Source of the DNA: a candidate division FCPU426 bacterium
Lineage (GTDB): Bacteria > Oederibacteriota > PGYV01 > Palsa-1178
Length of the DNA stretch: 64,000 nucleotides
Assembly (NCBI GenBank): GCA_963840035.1
Contig: CAWIXE010000002.1
Location: 1,643,680-1,707,679, forward strand
Direction: 5' to 3'
This document shows, one piece after another, positions 29,332 to 39,933 of the stretch. A program made the translations under genes and the position numbers. The notes under the pieces were generated by a model. The model was not told the DNA's origin. It was given only the letters and a program-made list of their open reading frames with translations, and searched no databases. Position 1 is the stretch's first letter. Each line of letters starts with the position of its first letter.

Positions 29332-29982
29332 ATGAAACGTAGATTGACAGCAGTCTCAGCCGTTCTCGTAGTATCCGCTTCGCTCCTCGGCGTCTTCGGC
29401 TCTGGCGTGGCAGGCGCCCTGGCACCGGCTGCGACTGGGTCAGTCGTGTGCAGTGTCAGTGGGAAGGGCACATTCACTCCCGCGTTGACCCTGGCGGGAA
29501 GTGCGACGCCTCTCCATATCGTGTTCGGTGCCACCGCCACCGGCGGGTGCTTCTCTGCCGCTCAGGCCCCGAATTCCGCTGGACTACTGACTCCGGTCAC
29601 CATCACCGGAGTCAGCATCACCGGAATAGGCACCATGGTCCCCCTGAGTACTGGATTACTCGCCAACAAGTGTGCAGTCTTCAAGGGATCGGACACCATC
29701 GGCGTCATCAAAGTCCACTACAGCTGGATCTCGGTGCCGGCAATCGCACCGACAACCGTCACGTATACGGGCGGAACTGCGCACATCGTCTCCGGAAGTC
29801 CGTTGGACAACATCGTCCTTCCTGCCACGTCGGGCACAACCTGGGCGGGGACAGGGTCGTTCACTCCGTCCGTTCATCCCCTGGTGGGCCTTAGAACCAA
29901 TGTCTCCAGCACCTGCGCGGCAGGATGGGGTCCGTATCCAACGTTCCTCATCAATCCCGGTTCGTTGATCGCCCTGCCCTGA
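29332..29982 (+). CDS. Secreted hypothetical protein (four Cys, beta-rich)
   Basis: GGGGG RBS, MKRR + signal peptide; CSVSGKGTFTPALT motif. Confidence 0.8.
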   Translation: MKRRLTAVSAVLVVSASLLGVFGSGVAGALAPAATGSVVCSVSGKGTFTPALTLAGSATPLHIVFGATATGGCFSAAQAPNSAGLLTPVTITGVSITGIGTMVPLSTGLLANKCAVFKGSDTIGVIKVHYSWISVPAIAPTTVTYTGGTAHIVSGSPLDNIVLPATSGTTWAGTGSFTPSVHPLVGLRTNVSSTCAAGWGPYPTFLINPGSLIALP

Positions 29983-30342
29983 ACCATGATGCTCAGGTGA
30001 GTTGCTGACGAGCGGATGGGGTCCCGGTGGGCGACGCCCTCCCGGACCTCGCCGTTCGTCGCATCGAAGCCCGTATTGACCCGTTCAGACGCCGACACCC
30101 GAGGTCCGGTGACCTTCCGGGTACCGTGTTCAGGGTTCTTGCCCTCCCGCCGTCTTGGATCACCGGGCCAAGGGGCGCTCATCTCCTGCAACCGAGTGGC
30201 ACGATGCGGGAGGCTCGGCGGTTGGACAACAGCCGAAACGGACATCCAGGTCAATGCCCGAGCGCCCGCTCGAGTCGCGGAGTAGCGTCGCCGCAGGCGG
30301 GGGCATCCACACACCTTCATCGACGCAAGGAGCTAAAGACAG

Positions 30343-30975
30343 ATGCGTAGATCGTCCCTAATCGGCGGAGCAGCACTGCTGGCCCTGGTGACAGTTGCTG
30401 TTGTCACAGGTCCCGCGGGAGTTGCTGGAGCCTCTCCAGCTGTCATAGGCACCGGCCACCCGACCTGTGCCGGTGCATGGCTCGGGTCGATCGAGTTCTC
30501 CCCGGCCTTGACGACAACGGGTACGGCCCCGAAGGAGACCATCGAGCTGAAAGCTGTTGCCAAGCCGTGTGCGGTCGGGGTCCCTGTGCCGACCAGTGGG
30601 GCGGTTACGTCTATCAAGACGTTTGTCACCACGAATGCCAACCGGTGCTCCACTCTGCTTCCCGCAGCGACGTTCGCCACGAAGACCGACACGATCCCGC
30701 TCACTGTGAAAGTTGGCTGGACCCCTTCGGCGATCGCTGCCACGACCATCGCGCTTCCCAATGTGAAGGTCACGTCGACCGCAGCAGCATCACCACTGAC
30801 CTTCCACTCAACGGGACCAGCAGCGGGTTCCTACGTGAATCCAACGGCCTCCCTCTCCATCAAGACGGTCAAGACGTTCACGACGATCTGGGGGCTCACA
30901 GCAGGAAACTGTGGCGGTGCTGGCGGCTTGAGCAGCCTCAGCATCCGAGCAGCTGGTACCACTGGCACGTTCTGA
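30343..30975 (+). CDS. Secreted hypothetical protein, distant paralog of 29332..29982
   Basis: AAGGAG RBS, signal peptide; C...GSIEFSPALT motif; ANRC. Confidence 0.8.
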   Translation: MRRSSLIGGAALLALVTVAVVTGPAGVAGASPAVIGTGHPTCAGAWLGSIEFSPALTTTGTAPKETIELKAVAKPCAVGVPVPTSGAVTSIKTFVTTNANRCSTLLPAATFATKTDTIPLTVKVGWTPSAIAATTIALPNVKVTSTAAASPLTFHSTGPAAGSYVNPTASLSIKTVKTFTTIWGLTAGNCGGAGGLSSLSIRAAGTTGTF

Positions 30976-31206
30976 TCAGTAGGTGTTGGACCCCTACCGG
31001 TCTCGGGACACTGCTCGGGATTGGTAGGTGGTCTAACGCGACCATCTGACCCGAATCATGGGGTAACCGGCTGACACGCCCGTGAGGACACTTCGAGACG
31101 TGTGATCGCTTCCTCTGGCCGGCCGTGTTCCAACGTCGTCAGAGCGGGACAGCCATTAGGAATTAATGTGTTGACCTGGTGTGTGAGTTGATGAAGGCTG
31201 GCGGTT

Positions 31207-31970
31207 GTGATGCCCGAAACGCGTTACGCCAAGAGTGGCGACGTCCACATCGTGTACCAGGTCTCGGGCGATGGCCCGCTCGACGTGGTACTGGTTCCCG
31301 GATTCATCTCCAATGTCGAGCTCGCGTGGGACATGCCATTCTCGGGCCCTGCGTTGCGAAAGATCGGGTCCTTCGCGGTGGGTCATTTCCTTCGACAAGC
31401 GGGGAACCGGTCTCTCCGATCGGACGGTCGGAATCCCGACGCTCGAACAGCGCATGGACGACGTACGGGCCGTGATGGATGCCGTGGGGATCGACTGCGC
31501 TTCCCTGTGGGGGATCTCGGAGGGTGGGCCGATGTGCATGCTCTTCGCTGCGACCTACCCGACCCGCACCTCGGCTCTCGTGCTGCAGGGTTCCTTTGCC
31601 CGCCTCGTCCAATCAGCTGACCAGCCATTCGGCTATCCACCGGGGGCAGTGGCGCCCACCATCGCGATGTTCGAGGAGCAGTGGGGGACCGGAGCAGTCG
31701 TGGGCAACTTCTTCCCCAGCGTGGCAGACGACCCGGCGATGCAGGAGCAGTTGGCCCGGTATGAGCGCAACGGTGCGAGCCCAAGTGCGATGGTGGGCAT
31801 CGTCGAGATGGTTGCTGCTATCGACGTGCGACCGATCCTGCCGACGATTGGTGTTCCCACGCTCGTCGTGCATAGCACCGGTGATCCGATGATATCGGTG
31901 GAGCACGGCCGGTATCTCGCTGAGCACATCTCAGGCGCGCAGTATTCTCAAGCTGCCGGGCGAGGATCAC
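31207..31970 (+). pseudogene. LipJ-like alpha/beta-hydrolase-adenylate/guanylate cyclase, 5' part (interrupted by IS)
   Basis: PETRYAKSGDVHIVYQV, FDKRGTGLSDR, GISEGG, LPGEDH across indels. Confidence 0.85.
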
Positions 31971-33212
31971 TTGAGACCTCTGCGAGATACCGAGCTGTAC
32001 CGCCAACTGCTGGGGCTCGAGTCGCCGTGGGATGTGAGCCGTGTCGAGCTGTCCGTCAAGGAGGGTCGGGTCGATGTGTGGACCGGCCATCCGAGGGGTG
32101 CTCGCTGGAGCTGTCCGGAGTGCGACCGGGAGTTGCCGACCTATGACCACGCCGAGGAGCGGGCGTGGCGACACCTCGACAGCCTCCAGTTCCTGACCTA
32201 CCTCCACGCCCGACCGCCGCGGGTGAGCTGTCCTGACCATGGGGTACGCCAGGTTCGCCTGCCATGGGCCGAGCCGATGTCACGATTCACCAACCTGTTC
32301 GAGCGCATGGCGGTCGATGTGCTGAAGGAGTGTGATGTCCTCGGTGCCAGCCGGCTGCTTCGCACCAGCTGGGACGAGACGTGGCACCTGATGGAGCGGG
32401 CCGTGGCCAGAGGCCAGACGGTCAAGGAGTTGGCCGTTCCCGCGGTGGTGGGCGTGGATGAGAAGGCGGCCGGACGGGGCCATGACTACATCACCGTGGT
32501 GAGCGACCTCGCCCGGGGCACGGTCGAGTACCTGGCCGACGAGCGCCGGGAGTCCAGCCTGGACGGCTATTTCGAGCGATTCAGCACCGAACAGTTGGCC
32601 GGGATCGAGGCGGTGGGCATGGACATGTGGGAGCCCTACGCCAACTCGGTGCGGTCCCACCTCGACAACGCCGACGACAAGATCGTCTTCGACAGGTACC
32701 ACATCATGAAGACCGTGGTCGGTGCGGTCGACACCGTGCGCAAGCAGGAGAACCGAGCCCTTGTGGCCTCGGGCGACAAGTCCCTCACCGGGTCCAAGTA
32801 TCTGTGGCTCTACTCGGCGGAGAACCTCCCCGAACGCCATCAGAGCCGCTTCGATGAGCTTCGCAGCGGCGACCTCAAGACGGGCCGGGCCTGGGCGATC
32901 AAGGAGAACCTCCGGTTCTTCTGGGACTACCAGCGCCGAGGCTGGGCCGAGAAGCACTGGAAGAGCTGGTACTTCTGGGCGACGCACTCACGGCTCGAAC
33001 CGATCATCGAGGTCGCCCGCACCCTCAAGCGTCACCTTCCGGGCCTGCTCGCCTTCTTCGACCACCGGATCACCAGTGCGGGTGCCGAGGGGCTCAACTC
33101 ACGCATCCAAGCCATCCGCGTCTCCGCACGCGGCTACCGCAACCGAGACAACTTCAAGACCGCCATCTACTTCCACTGCGGCGGCCTTGACCTCTACCCT
33201 CAAACCCACTAA
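31971..33212 (+). mobile_element. ISL3-family transposase inserted in the hydrolase-cyclase gene
   Basis: zf-ISL3 (CPEC...CPDHG), VGVDE, MDMW, FDRYH, EGLNSRIQ...ARGYRN; no terminal inverted repeats found. Confidence 0.92.
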
Positions 33213-33770
33213 TTCGAGAGGACGAGGCGAGGGTTCTTCGACGACATCGAGGAGTTTCTGACCGGACAACGACCCGCGCCCAACCCCGACCGAATCCTGA
33301 CCACTGTTCTCTTCACTGACATTGTCGACTCCACTCACGTGTGGCTGACCTGGGCGATCAACGCTGGCGTGAACTGCTCGATCACCATGACGAGGTTATG
33401 CGGCACCAGCTCGACCGGTTCCGCGGCACGGAAGTGAAGACAACCGGAGACGGGTTCCTCGCCGTGTTCGATGGCCCAGCTCGGGCCGTGCAATGCGCCG
33501 TGGCCGCCTCCGAAGCGGTTCGGCCACTCGGTCTTCGAGTTGCGTGCCGGTGTCTATACCGGTGAATGCGTACAGAGGGGCACCGACCTCGGAGGAATCG
33601 GAGTGCATATCGGAGCCCGGGTCGCTTCGTTGGCGGAGCCGAGTCAAGTGTTGGTCTCGCGCACGGTCACCGATCTGGTGGCGGGCTCTGGTCTCGTGTT
33701 CGCAAATCGGGGCGAGTACGAACTCAAAGGCGTTCCGGGCTCCTGGAATTTGTTCTCTGTGGAGGCCTAA
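33213..33770 (+). pseudogene. LipJ-like hydrolase-cyclase, 3' part (class III cyclase domain)
   Basis: DDIEEFLTG...[49 protein letters not shown]. Confidence 0.85.
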
Positions 33771-33931
33771 GCCAAGCCGAGTGCCGATAGCGGATGCGGG
33801 CAGTATGTCCCCGACCACAGGTTCGGTGTCGCACCCCGGTGCCTCGTTCCCGATGCCCCGAAGAAGGCGTCCTTGCTCCAGCCCTCAAAGGAGGGGACAA
33901 CGGCGCCGATGGCCCTGTCATCGGCTGTACG

Positions 33932-34308
33932 TCAGCACGCCCGCCTCTTCCACCGACGCGAAGGGTTCCAGCTCGGCCTCCTTGCCGTAGCGACTGCACA
34001 ACTGACGGAGAAATTGAGCTGGCGGGCCAGCTCGCCGAGACTCATTCCCTCAGACCGACCCGCCTTGACCACCTTCACGCGAACCTGATGGCGCGCCCGA
34101 ACCACTGCCTCCAATGCTTCGTTCGCGGTGGCGGTGCTTCGATTGATGGATTCGCCGAAAAGGCACCCTCGATGCTCATTCCGGAACGGAGCGACTTCTG
34201 AGCACGCGCCAGGATGCGTTCGTTTCGCCGAAGCGCCTCGCGGAGCGCCCTGTCCGCGTCGATGAGGTCCTGGATCGCGTCGATGACTTCGGCAGTCAGC
34301 CTCTGCAT
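33932..34308 (-). CDS. Small helical protein with C-terminal HTH-like segment, frameshifted
   Basis: MQRLTAEVIDAIQDLID... joined to ...ARHQVR....GRSEGMSLGELARQLNFS. Confidence 0.5.
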
Positions 34309-34803
34309 GCCCGGAAACCTATTTCCGGCTCCTGTGATGGTGTGGGATCGCAACAGGCGTTGACACTCCGCTACCTCTCACCTCAGGAAATGAGGGCGGA
34401 TCAGCACCAATGGTCGGTTTGGAGCGAACGACCGAGTCATGGCCACTGAATCCTCGGCCCGTCGGGCGGCCCCAAGGCGGAAGCCGGGGTGTTTGGTGAG
34501 TCGCTGGCGCGGTCGCGGTGGTGTTTGGGCTCATCGAATCAGTACAGTCCCGGTTGCGGGCCGTGAACGCACCCCACCTCGTCGCGCTGGTCGGTGCCGG
34601 CCCGGCGTCAGGAACGGCAAGCTCATCGAACGACCCAGCGAATCAGAGGGTGGTGATCAGCAGGTGCGTGGCACGGCGACCCTCTCACCCATCGCCCTCC
34701 CTGCCCGCCGCCGTCGCGCGTGCTGTCTCCGGGATACGCGTTCCGCAGCCGCTGACAAGGGTCACGATCGTCATCTGACAAGACTCGCCTGATTCCTCCC
34801 GGC

Positions 34804-34831
34804 TTGACATATGCCGATATCGGAATATGAT
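34804..34831 (+). promoter_or_regulatory. Leaderless promoter with 22-bp palindromic ArsR operator
   Basis: TTGACA-N16-TATGAT ending 6 nt before ATG 34838; CATATGCCGATATCGGAATATG (34808-34829) is a near-perfect palindrome. Confidence 0.8.
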
Positions 34832-34837
34832 TGCGCC

Positions 34838-35179
34838 ATGGCACGAGCAGCGACGACGTCGGACGTCTTCAACGCGATCGCCGAGCAGCAGCGCCGGGAG
34901 ATCCTGGTGCTGCTGCGGGCGGGTGAGGGGCCGGTGACCGAGTTGGCCCAGGAGCTGGGGATGACCCAGCCGGGGGCGTCCAAACACCTGCGGGTGCTCC
35001 GGGAGGTCGGACTGGTGCGGGACCGCAAGGCAGGCAAGCAACGCCTGTACGGCCTTGACGCCCGCGGGCTGCGACCGGTTCACGAGTGGACCGGCGGGTT
35101 CGAGCGGTTCTGGAACGAGAGCTTCGACCGGCTGGACGAGTACGTGCAGGACCTCAAGCAGGCAAGGCAGGAGGAGTAG
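34838..35179 (+). CDS. ArsR/SmtB-family transcriptional regulator
   Basis: MARAATTSDVFNAIAE..RREIL...VTELA...QPGASKHLRVLREVGLV. Confidence 0.92.
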   Translation: MARAATTSDVFNAIAEQQRREILVLLRAGEGPVTELAQELGMTQPGASKHLRVLREVGLVRDRKAGKQRLYGLDARGLRPVHEWTGGFERFWNESFDRLDEYVQDLKQARQEE

Positions 35180-35182
35180 CTG

Positions 35183-35689
35183 ATGAGCGCGACGGGACGA
35201 GGAGCGCCGGCGCAGTCCGCGACGGCCGACCGCGAGATCGTGATCTCCCGGGTCATCAGTGCCCCACGGGAGCTGGTGTTCGAGGCGTTCACCGAGGTGC
35301 GGCACCTGTCGCGGTGGTGGGGACCGGAGGGGTTCACCACCACCACGCGGGCGTTCGAGTTCCGCGTCGGCGGGGAGTGGGACTTCGTGATGCACGGACC
35401 GGACGGGACGGACTACCAGGAGTGGATCTCCTGGACCGAGATCGCCCCGCCGGAGCGGATCGCGCTGCTGCACGGTGAGTCCCGCGGCGACCCGAACGCC
35501 TTCGAGTCGGTCTTGACGTTCGCGCCCGACGGCGCGGCGACCCGGATCGAGATGCGCACGGTGTTCCCCACCAAGGAGCTGCGCGACGAGGCGGTCGAGA
35601 AGTACCACGCGATCGAGGGCGGCCAGCAGACCCTGAACAACCTGGCTACCTACGTCACCGAGATCGTTCCGAAGAGAGCTGAGGACTGA
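35183..35689 (+). CDS. SRPBCC (AHSA1/START-like) domain protein
   Basis: REIVISRVISAPRELVFEAFT...WWGPEGF...FRVGGEW. Confidence 0.9.
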   Translation: MSATGRGAPAQSATADREIVISRVISAPRELVFEAFTEVRHLSRWWGPEGFTTTTRAFEFRVGGEWDFVMHGPDGTDYQEWISWTEIAPPERIALLHGESRGDPNAFESVLTFAPDGAATRIEMRTVFPTKELRDEAVEKYHAIEGGQQTLNNLATYVTEIVPKRAED

Positions 35690-35935
35690 TGGCCGGGAAG
35701 GTGTTCTTCAGCGTGACGATGTCGCTGGACGGGTTCATCGCGCCCGAGGAGCGCATGGATGACCAGGACGTGCCGCGCTGGACGGCGCAGTGGACGGAAC
35801 TGCAGCAGTGGATATTCCCGCAGCGGTTCTTCGGGGAGGACCTGAAGCTCGGCGAGGGGGGCGAGGAAGGACGCGACAACGACATCGTGCGGGAGACGTT
35901 CGAGCGCAGCGGCGCGAGCGTGATGGCCAAGCGCA
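35689..35935 (+). pseudogene. Dihydrofolate reductase/RibD C-terminal family protein, 3'-truncated
   Basis: FFSVTMSLDGFIAP...GASVMAKR, after which family-like sequence stops abruptly. Confidence 0.75.
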
Positions 35936-36164
35936 GGTCTGCCGTCCAGGCCCGAGGCGCTTCTCGCAAGTTAGCGAAGCGGTATCTCATCGGAGCCAGG
36001 AGCGGTACGATTGGGTTAGTCAGGGTAGGTCTGTCGTACGCAGAGGGATCCTTCGGGGTCCCTCACCGCGTCTGAAACGCAGATGGCCCAGCCTGCCCCC
36101 GACCCCTGCCGGGTGAGGGCCATCGAACAATCCGTAGAGTAGCTCACCGACCAGTCGGTACAGC

Positions 36165-36640
36165 TCATTCCTCCCGATGGTCGGTGGAGCCCAGTGCCGC
36201 CAGCGCCTCGCCGGACAGCCGGTACCCGATCCACTCGTCCATCGGCACCGCCCCGAGCGACTGGTAGAAGCGAATGGCGGATTCGTTCCAGTCGAGGACC
36301 GACCAGTCGATGCGGCCGTAGCCGCGACTGCTGGGCGATGGCGGCCAGCGCGGCAGACGAGGGCCCGGCCGATCCCCGTGGCCCGGTGCCTCGGGTCGGA
36401 CGTAGAGGTCCTCGAGGTAGATGCCGTTGCGGCCCGTCCACGTGGAGAAGTTGAGGAACCAGATGGCCATGCCGACGCACCGTCCCGCCTCGTCGGCGAC
36501 GTGGGCGAAGACCGGTGGGTGACTCGCCGAACAGGGCGGCCGGCGAGCTGATCCCTCGTCGATCTCGACCGGCGTCGGGCTGAACGCTCGTACTCGGCCA
36601 GATCGTGGATCAGCTGCGACCAGGGTCGTCGACGTCACTG
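36165..36640 (-). CDS. GNAT N-acetyltransferase (SSAT-like), frameshifted
   Basis: GMAIWFLNFSTWTGRNGIYLEDLYVRPE and RIDWSVLDWNESAIRFYQSLGA. Confidence 0.85.
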
Positions 36641-36680
36641 GTCGCCTGCGGTCCGGTCACGGTCAGGCTATCGAGCGCGG

Positions 36681-37656
36681 TCACGGGATCAGCAGCACCC
36701 GGCCGAACGCCTGCCGGCTCTCGATGTAGGCGTGGGCCTCGCCGGCCTGCTCGAGGGGGAACCGCCGGTCGATGACCACCCGGAGCTCGCCGGCTGCGAC
36801 GTCGTCGAGCAGGGCGGCGATCATGGCGTGGGCCCGCGGTGCCGAGGAAGAGCTCGGCGCCGAGGAAGTACCCGACCAGGGTCTGGTTGTTGCGCCCGCA
36901 TGGTCGAGATGTCGAGCGTCGGCCGGCGCTCCCGACCGGCGTCGCCGAAGGTGATGCACCGCCCCCGGTAGGCCAGGCAGTGGAGGCTCCTCTGCAGGGT
37001 GGAGCCGCCGACCGAGTCCACGATGACGTCGGCGCCCCTGCCGTCGGTGAGCCGGCGGACCTCCTCGACGAAGTCGGTCGACGCGTAGTTGATGCCGTGG
37101 TCGAGGCCGAGGTCGACCAGGCGGTCGAGCCGCTCGTCGCTGGACGCGGTGGCCAGCACCGTGGCGCCGGCCCGCTTGGCCAGCTGGATGGCGGCGATGC
37201 CCGACGCCGCTGGCTCCGGCGTGGATCAGGGCGGTCTCGCCCGGCTGGAGGCGCCCGAACTCGAACAGGCAGTCGTCGGCGGTGCCGAAGGGGACCGGCA
37301 CGCAGGCCGCCTCCTCGGTCGACAGCCCGTCGGGGATCGGCCAGCAGAACGGCTCGCCGGCTGCCCGCAGCTCGGCGTGGGATCCGTCCAGACCCGACGG
37401 TGACCACCCGGTCGCCCCGGTGAGATCCGGCGACGCCGTCGCCCACCGCCACGCACCGTGCCGGCGCACTGGTAGCCGACGATGTGGGGCAGCCCGGGCG
37501 ATGTCGCCGCCCAGCCGGTTGAGGGTGTCGCCGCCCTCGATGCTGACCGCCTCGACCCGGACCAGCACCTCGCCCGGGCCGCACGACCGGGTCGGGGACC
37601 TCCTCGTAGCGGAAGACCTCGGGTCCGCCGGTCTCGTAGTACACCGCTGCCTTCAC
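36681..37656 (-). CDS. Quinone oxidoreductase/MDR superfamily, frameshifted
   Basis: [61 protein letters not shown]. Confidence 0.85.
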
Positions 37657-37829
37657 GGGCCTCCTCCGATCGACTCGACCCGCCCACACCTACTGCACGG
37701 CCGGGGAGCCCGGACCGGCGGCCGAGGGGGCGACCGCCCTCGGGCCGAGCAACTCGACGACCCTTCGCCGTGGCGATGCCGGAAGTGGCTCTCACCAGGA
37801 GATTTCGCGGGATCGGACGGCGGTTGTCC

Positions 37830-37858
37830 CTCAAGTACCGCTGGAACACTGCCGATAC
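37830..37858 (+). promoter_or_regulatory. sigma28/WhiG-like promoter
   Basis: CTCAAG-N15-GCCGATAC upstream of GGDEF-EAL gene 1. Confidence 0.55.
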
Positions 37859-37919
37859 CCAATCGTGGGAATCGAACGGCTCTAGAGGCGCGGATCGAAA
37901 CGGAAGGTCCACTCCATCC

Positions 37920-39866
37920 GTGATCCCGCGCCAGAGCACGGCACTCCGGGGGAGGGGGTGCCGTCGAGGTCGAAGAGCCTGTCGCCGGTGGTCCTGGGCT
38001 ACGTCGTCGGCCCGCTCGCCCTGGGCGTGCTCATCGTCTTCCGCGCACTTCGGTCTGGTGGCCCCGCTGCCCATCTGGGCCTACCTGGCTGGCCATCATC
38101 GGCGCCGGCGCCTCATGTCGGTCATCGTCGAGCCCTGGCATACCGCGCCGCCGGGTCGATCAAGCGCCACGTCCGGCTGGCCATCCACGTCCTGGCCGTC
38201 ACCGTGGTCATCTACATGACGGGATGGGGCCCCGCCCTCGGCATGGCCTACGCCTTCGTCGCCCTGGAGGAGCTCGAGCTGTGGGGCGCTCCGGCTGTGG
38301 CGCCCGGTGCATGTGCTGGACGCTGCTCAACATCGCCGTGGCCCAGTACCTCATCTGGGTCGGGCTGGTGCCCTCGTTCCTCAGTCGCGGCCAGGCCGAG
38401 GCCATCGGCGCCCTCGGCGCCTGCGTGCTGGCCATCGTCGTCCGGATGGCCGGAGCCACCGGCGAGAAGAAGGAGCAGGCCGAAGCGCTCCTCGCCCACC
38501 AGGCGCTCCACGACATGCTGACCGGCCTGCCCAACCGGGCCTACTTCTACGAGCGGACCGAGCAGACGCCTGGCCGGCGCGCCGCCGACGGCACTCATCT
38601 CGCGCGGTGATGCTGTTCGACCTCGACCGGTTCAAGGAGATCAACGACACCATGGGCCACAAGTACGGGGACCGGGTGCTCATCGAGGTCGGTCCGCGGG
38701 TGAGGACCGGTGCTCCGGGCGGGCGACACCGCTGGCCCGCCTGGGTGGCGACGAGTTCTGCGTGCTGCTGCCCGACGTCGCCGGCGAGACCGACGCGGTG
38801 CGGGTGGCCGAGCGGATCATCGGCGTCGCTCGAGAAGCCCATCGAGGTGGACGGGACCAACCTGGGCATCGAGGCCAGCTGCGGCATCGCGCTGGCCCCC
38901 GACGACGGGGACACCGCCGACCTCCTGCTCCAGCGGGCCGACGTGGCCATGTACGTGGCCAAGGACTCCCAGCACAGCGTGGTCGTCTACACCGACGAGC
39001 TCAACGTGAACACGCCGGCCCGGCTGGCCCTGCTCGGCGACCTGCGCAACGCGGTGGCCGCCGACGAGTTCGTCCTCCACTACCAGCCCAAGGCGGCGCA
39101 TGACGTCCGCGGCGGGTGCTGGGCGTCGAGGCGCTCATCCGCTGGCAGCACCCGACCCTCGGCCTGCTCTATCCCGGACCAGTTCATCCCCGAGGCGGAG
39201 CGGACCGGCCTGATCGAGCCGATGACCGTCTGGGTGCTCGATGAGGCGCTGCGGCAGTGCCGCCAGTGGCTGGACGCGGCCGATCCGGCCGGGCCGCGAC
39301 GAGCTTGTCGATCGCGGTCAACCTGTCCACCCGCAGCCTGCTCGACGCCTCGCTCGCCGGCGACGGTGGCGGGCGGCCCTCGCCCGCTGGGACGTGCCCG
39401 CCCACCTGCTCGACCTCGAGATCACCGAGACGATCATCATGACCGACCCCAAGCGGGCCCGGCGGGTGCTGACCGAGCTGGCCGCCATGGGGGTGACCCT
39501 GTCCATCGACGACTTCGGCACCGGCTACTCGTCGCTGGCCTACCTGCGGGACCTCCCGGTGCACCAGCTCAAGATCGACCGGACGTTCGTCATGGACATG
39601 GAGAACGACGCCGACGACGCGGTCATCGTCCGCTCGGTGATCGACCTGGCCCGCAACCTCGGCCTCCAGACGGTGGCCGAGGGCGTCGAGGACGCCGCCA
39701 CCTGGGAGCAGCTGACCGAGCTGGGATGCGACAGCGCCCAGGGCTACTACCTGGCCCGGCCGATGGCCGCGGAGCGTTTCGAGCAGTGGCATGCCAGCAT
39801 CTGGCGGCACTCGCCGCGGCACCGATTCCCGCATCGATGGCCGACGTGGCGAGCGCGCCGACGTGA
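37920..39866 (+). CDS. Membrane-bound GGDEF-EAL diguanylate cyclase/phosphodiesterase, frameshifted
   Basis: TM region; HDMLTGLPNR, DLDRFKEINDTMGH, RLGGDEF, EALIRW, DDFGTGYSSL, LKIDR. Confidence 0.88.
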
Positions 39867-39897
39867 CCACGGTGCACACGAGATGACAACAGACATT

Positions 39898-39925
39898 GTC
39901 AAGGTGCCTCCGATGAGGCCGATGA
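39898..39925 (+). promoter_or_regulatory. sigma28/WhiG-like promoter
   Basis: GTCAAG-N14-GCCGATGA just upstream of ATG 39934. Confidence 0.45.
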
Positions 39926-39933
39926 TCAAGGGT

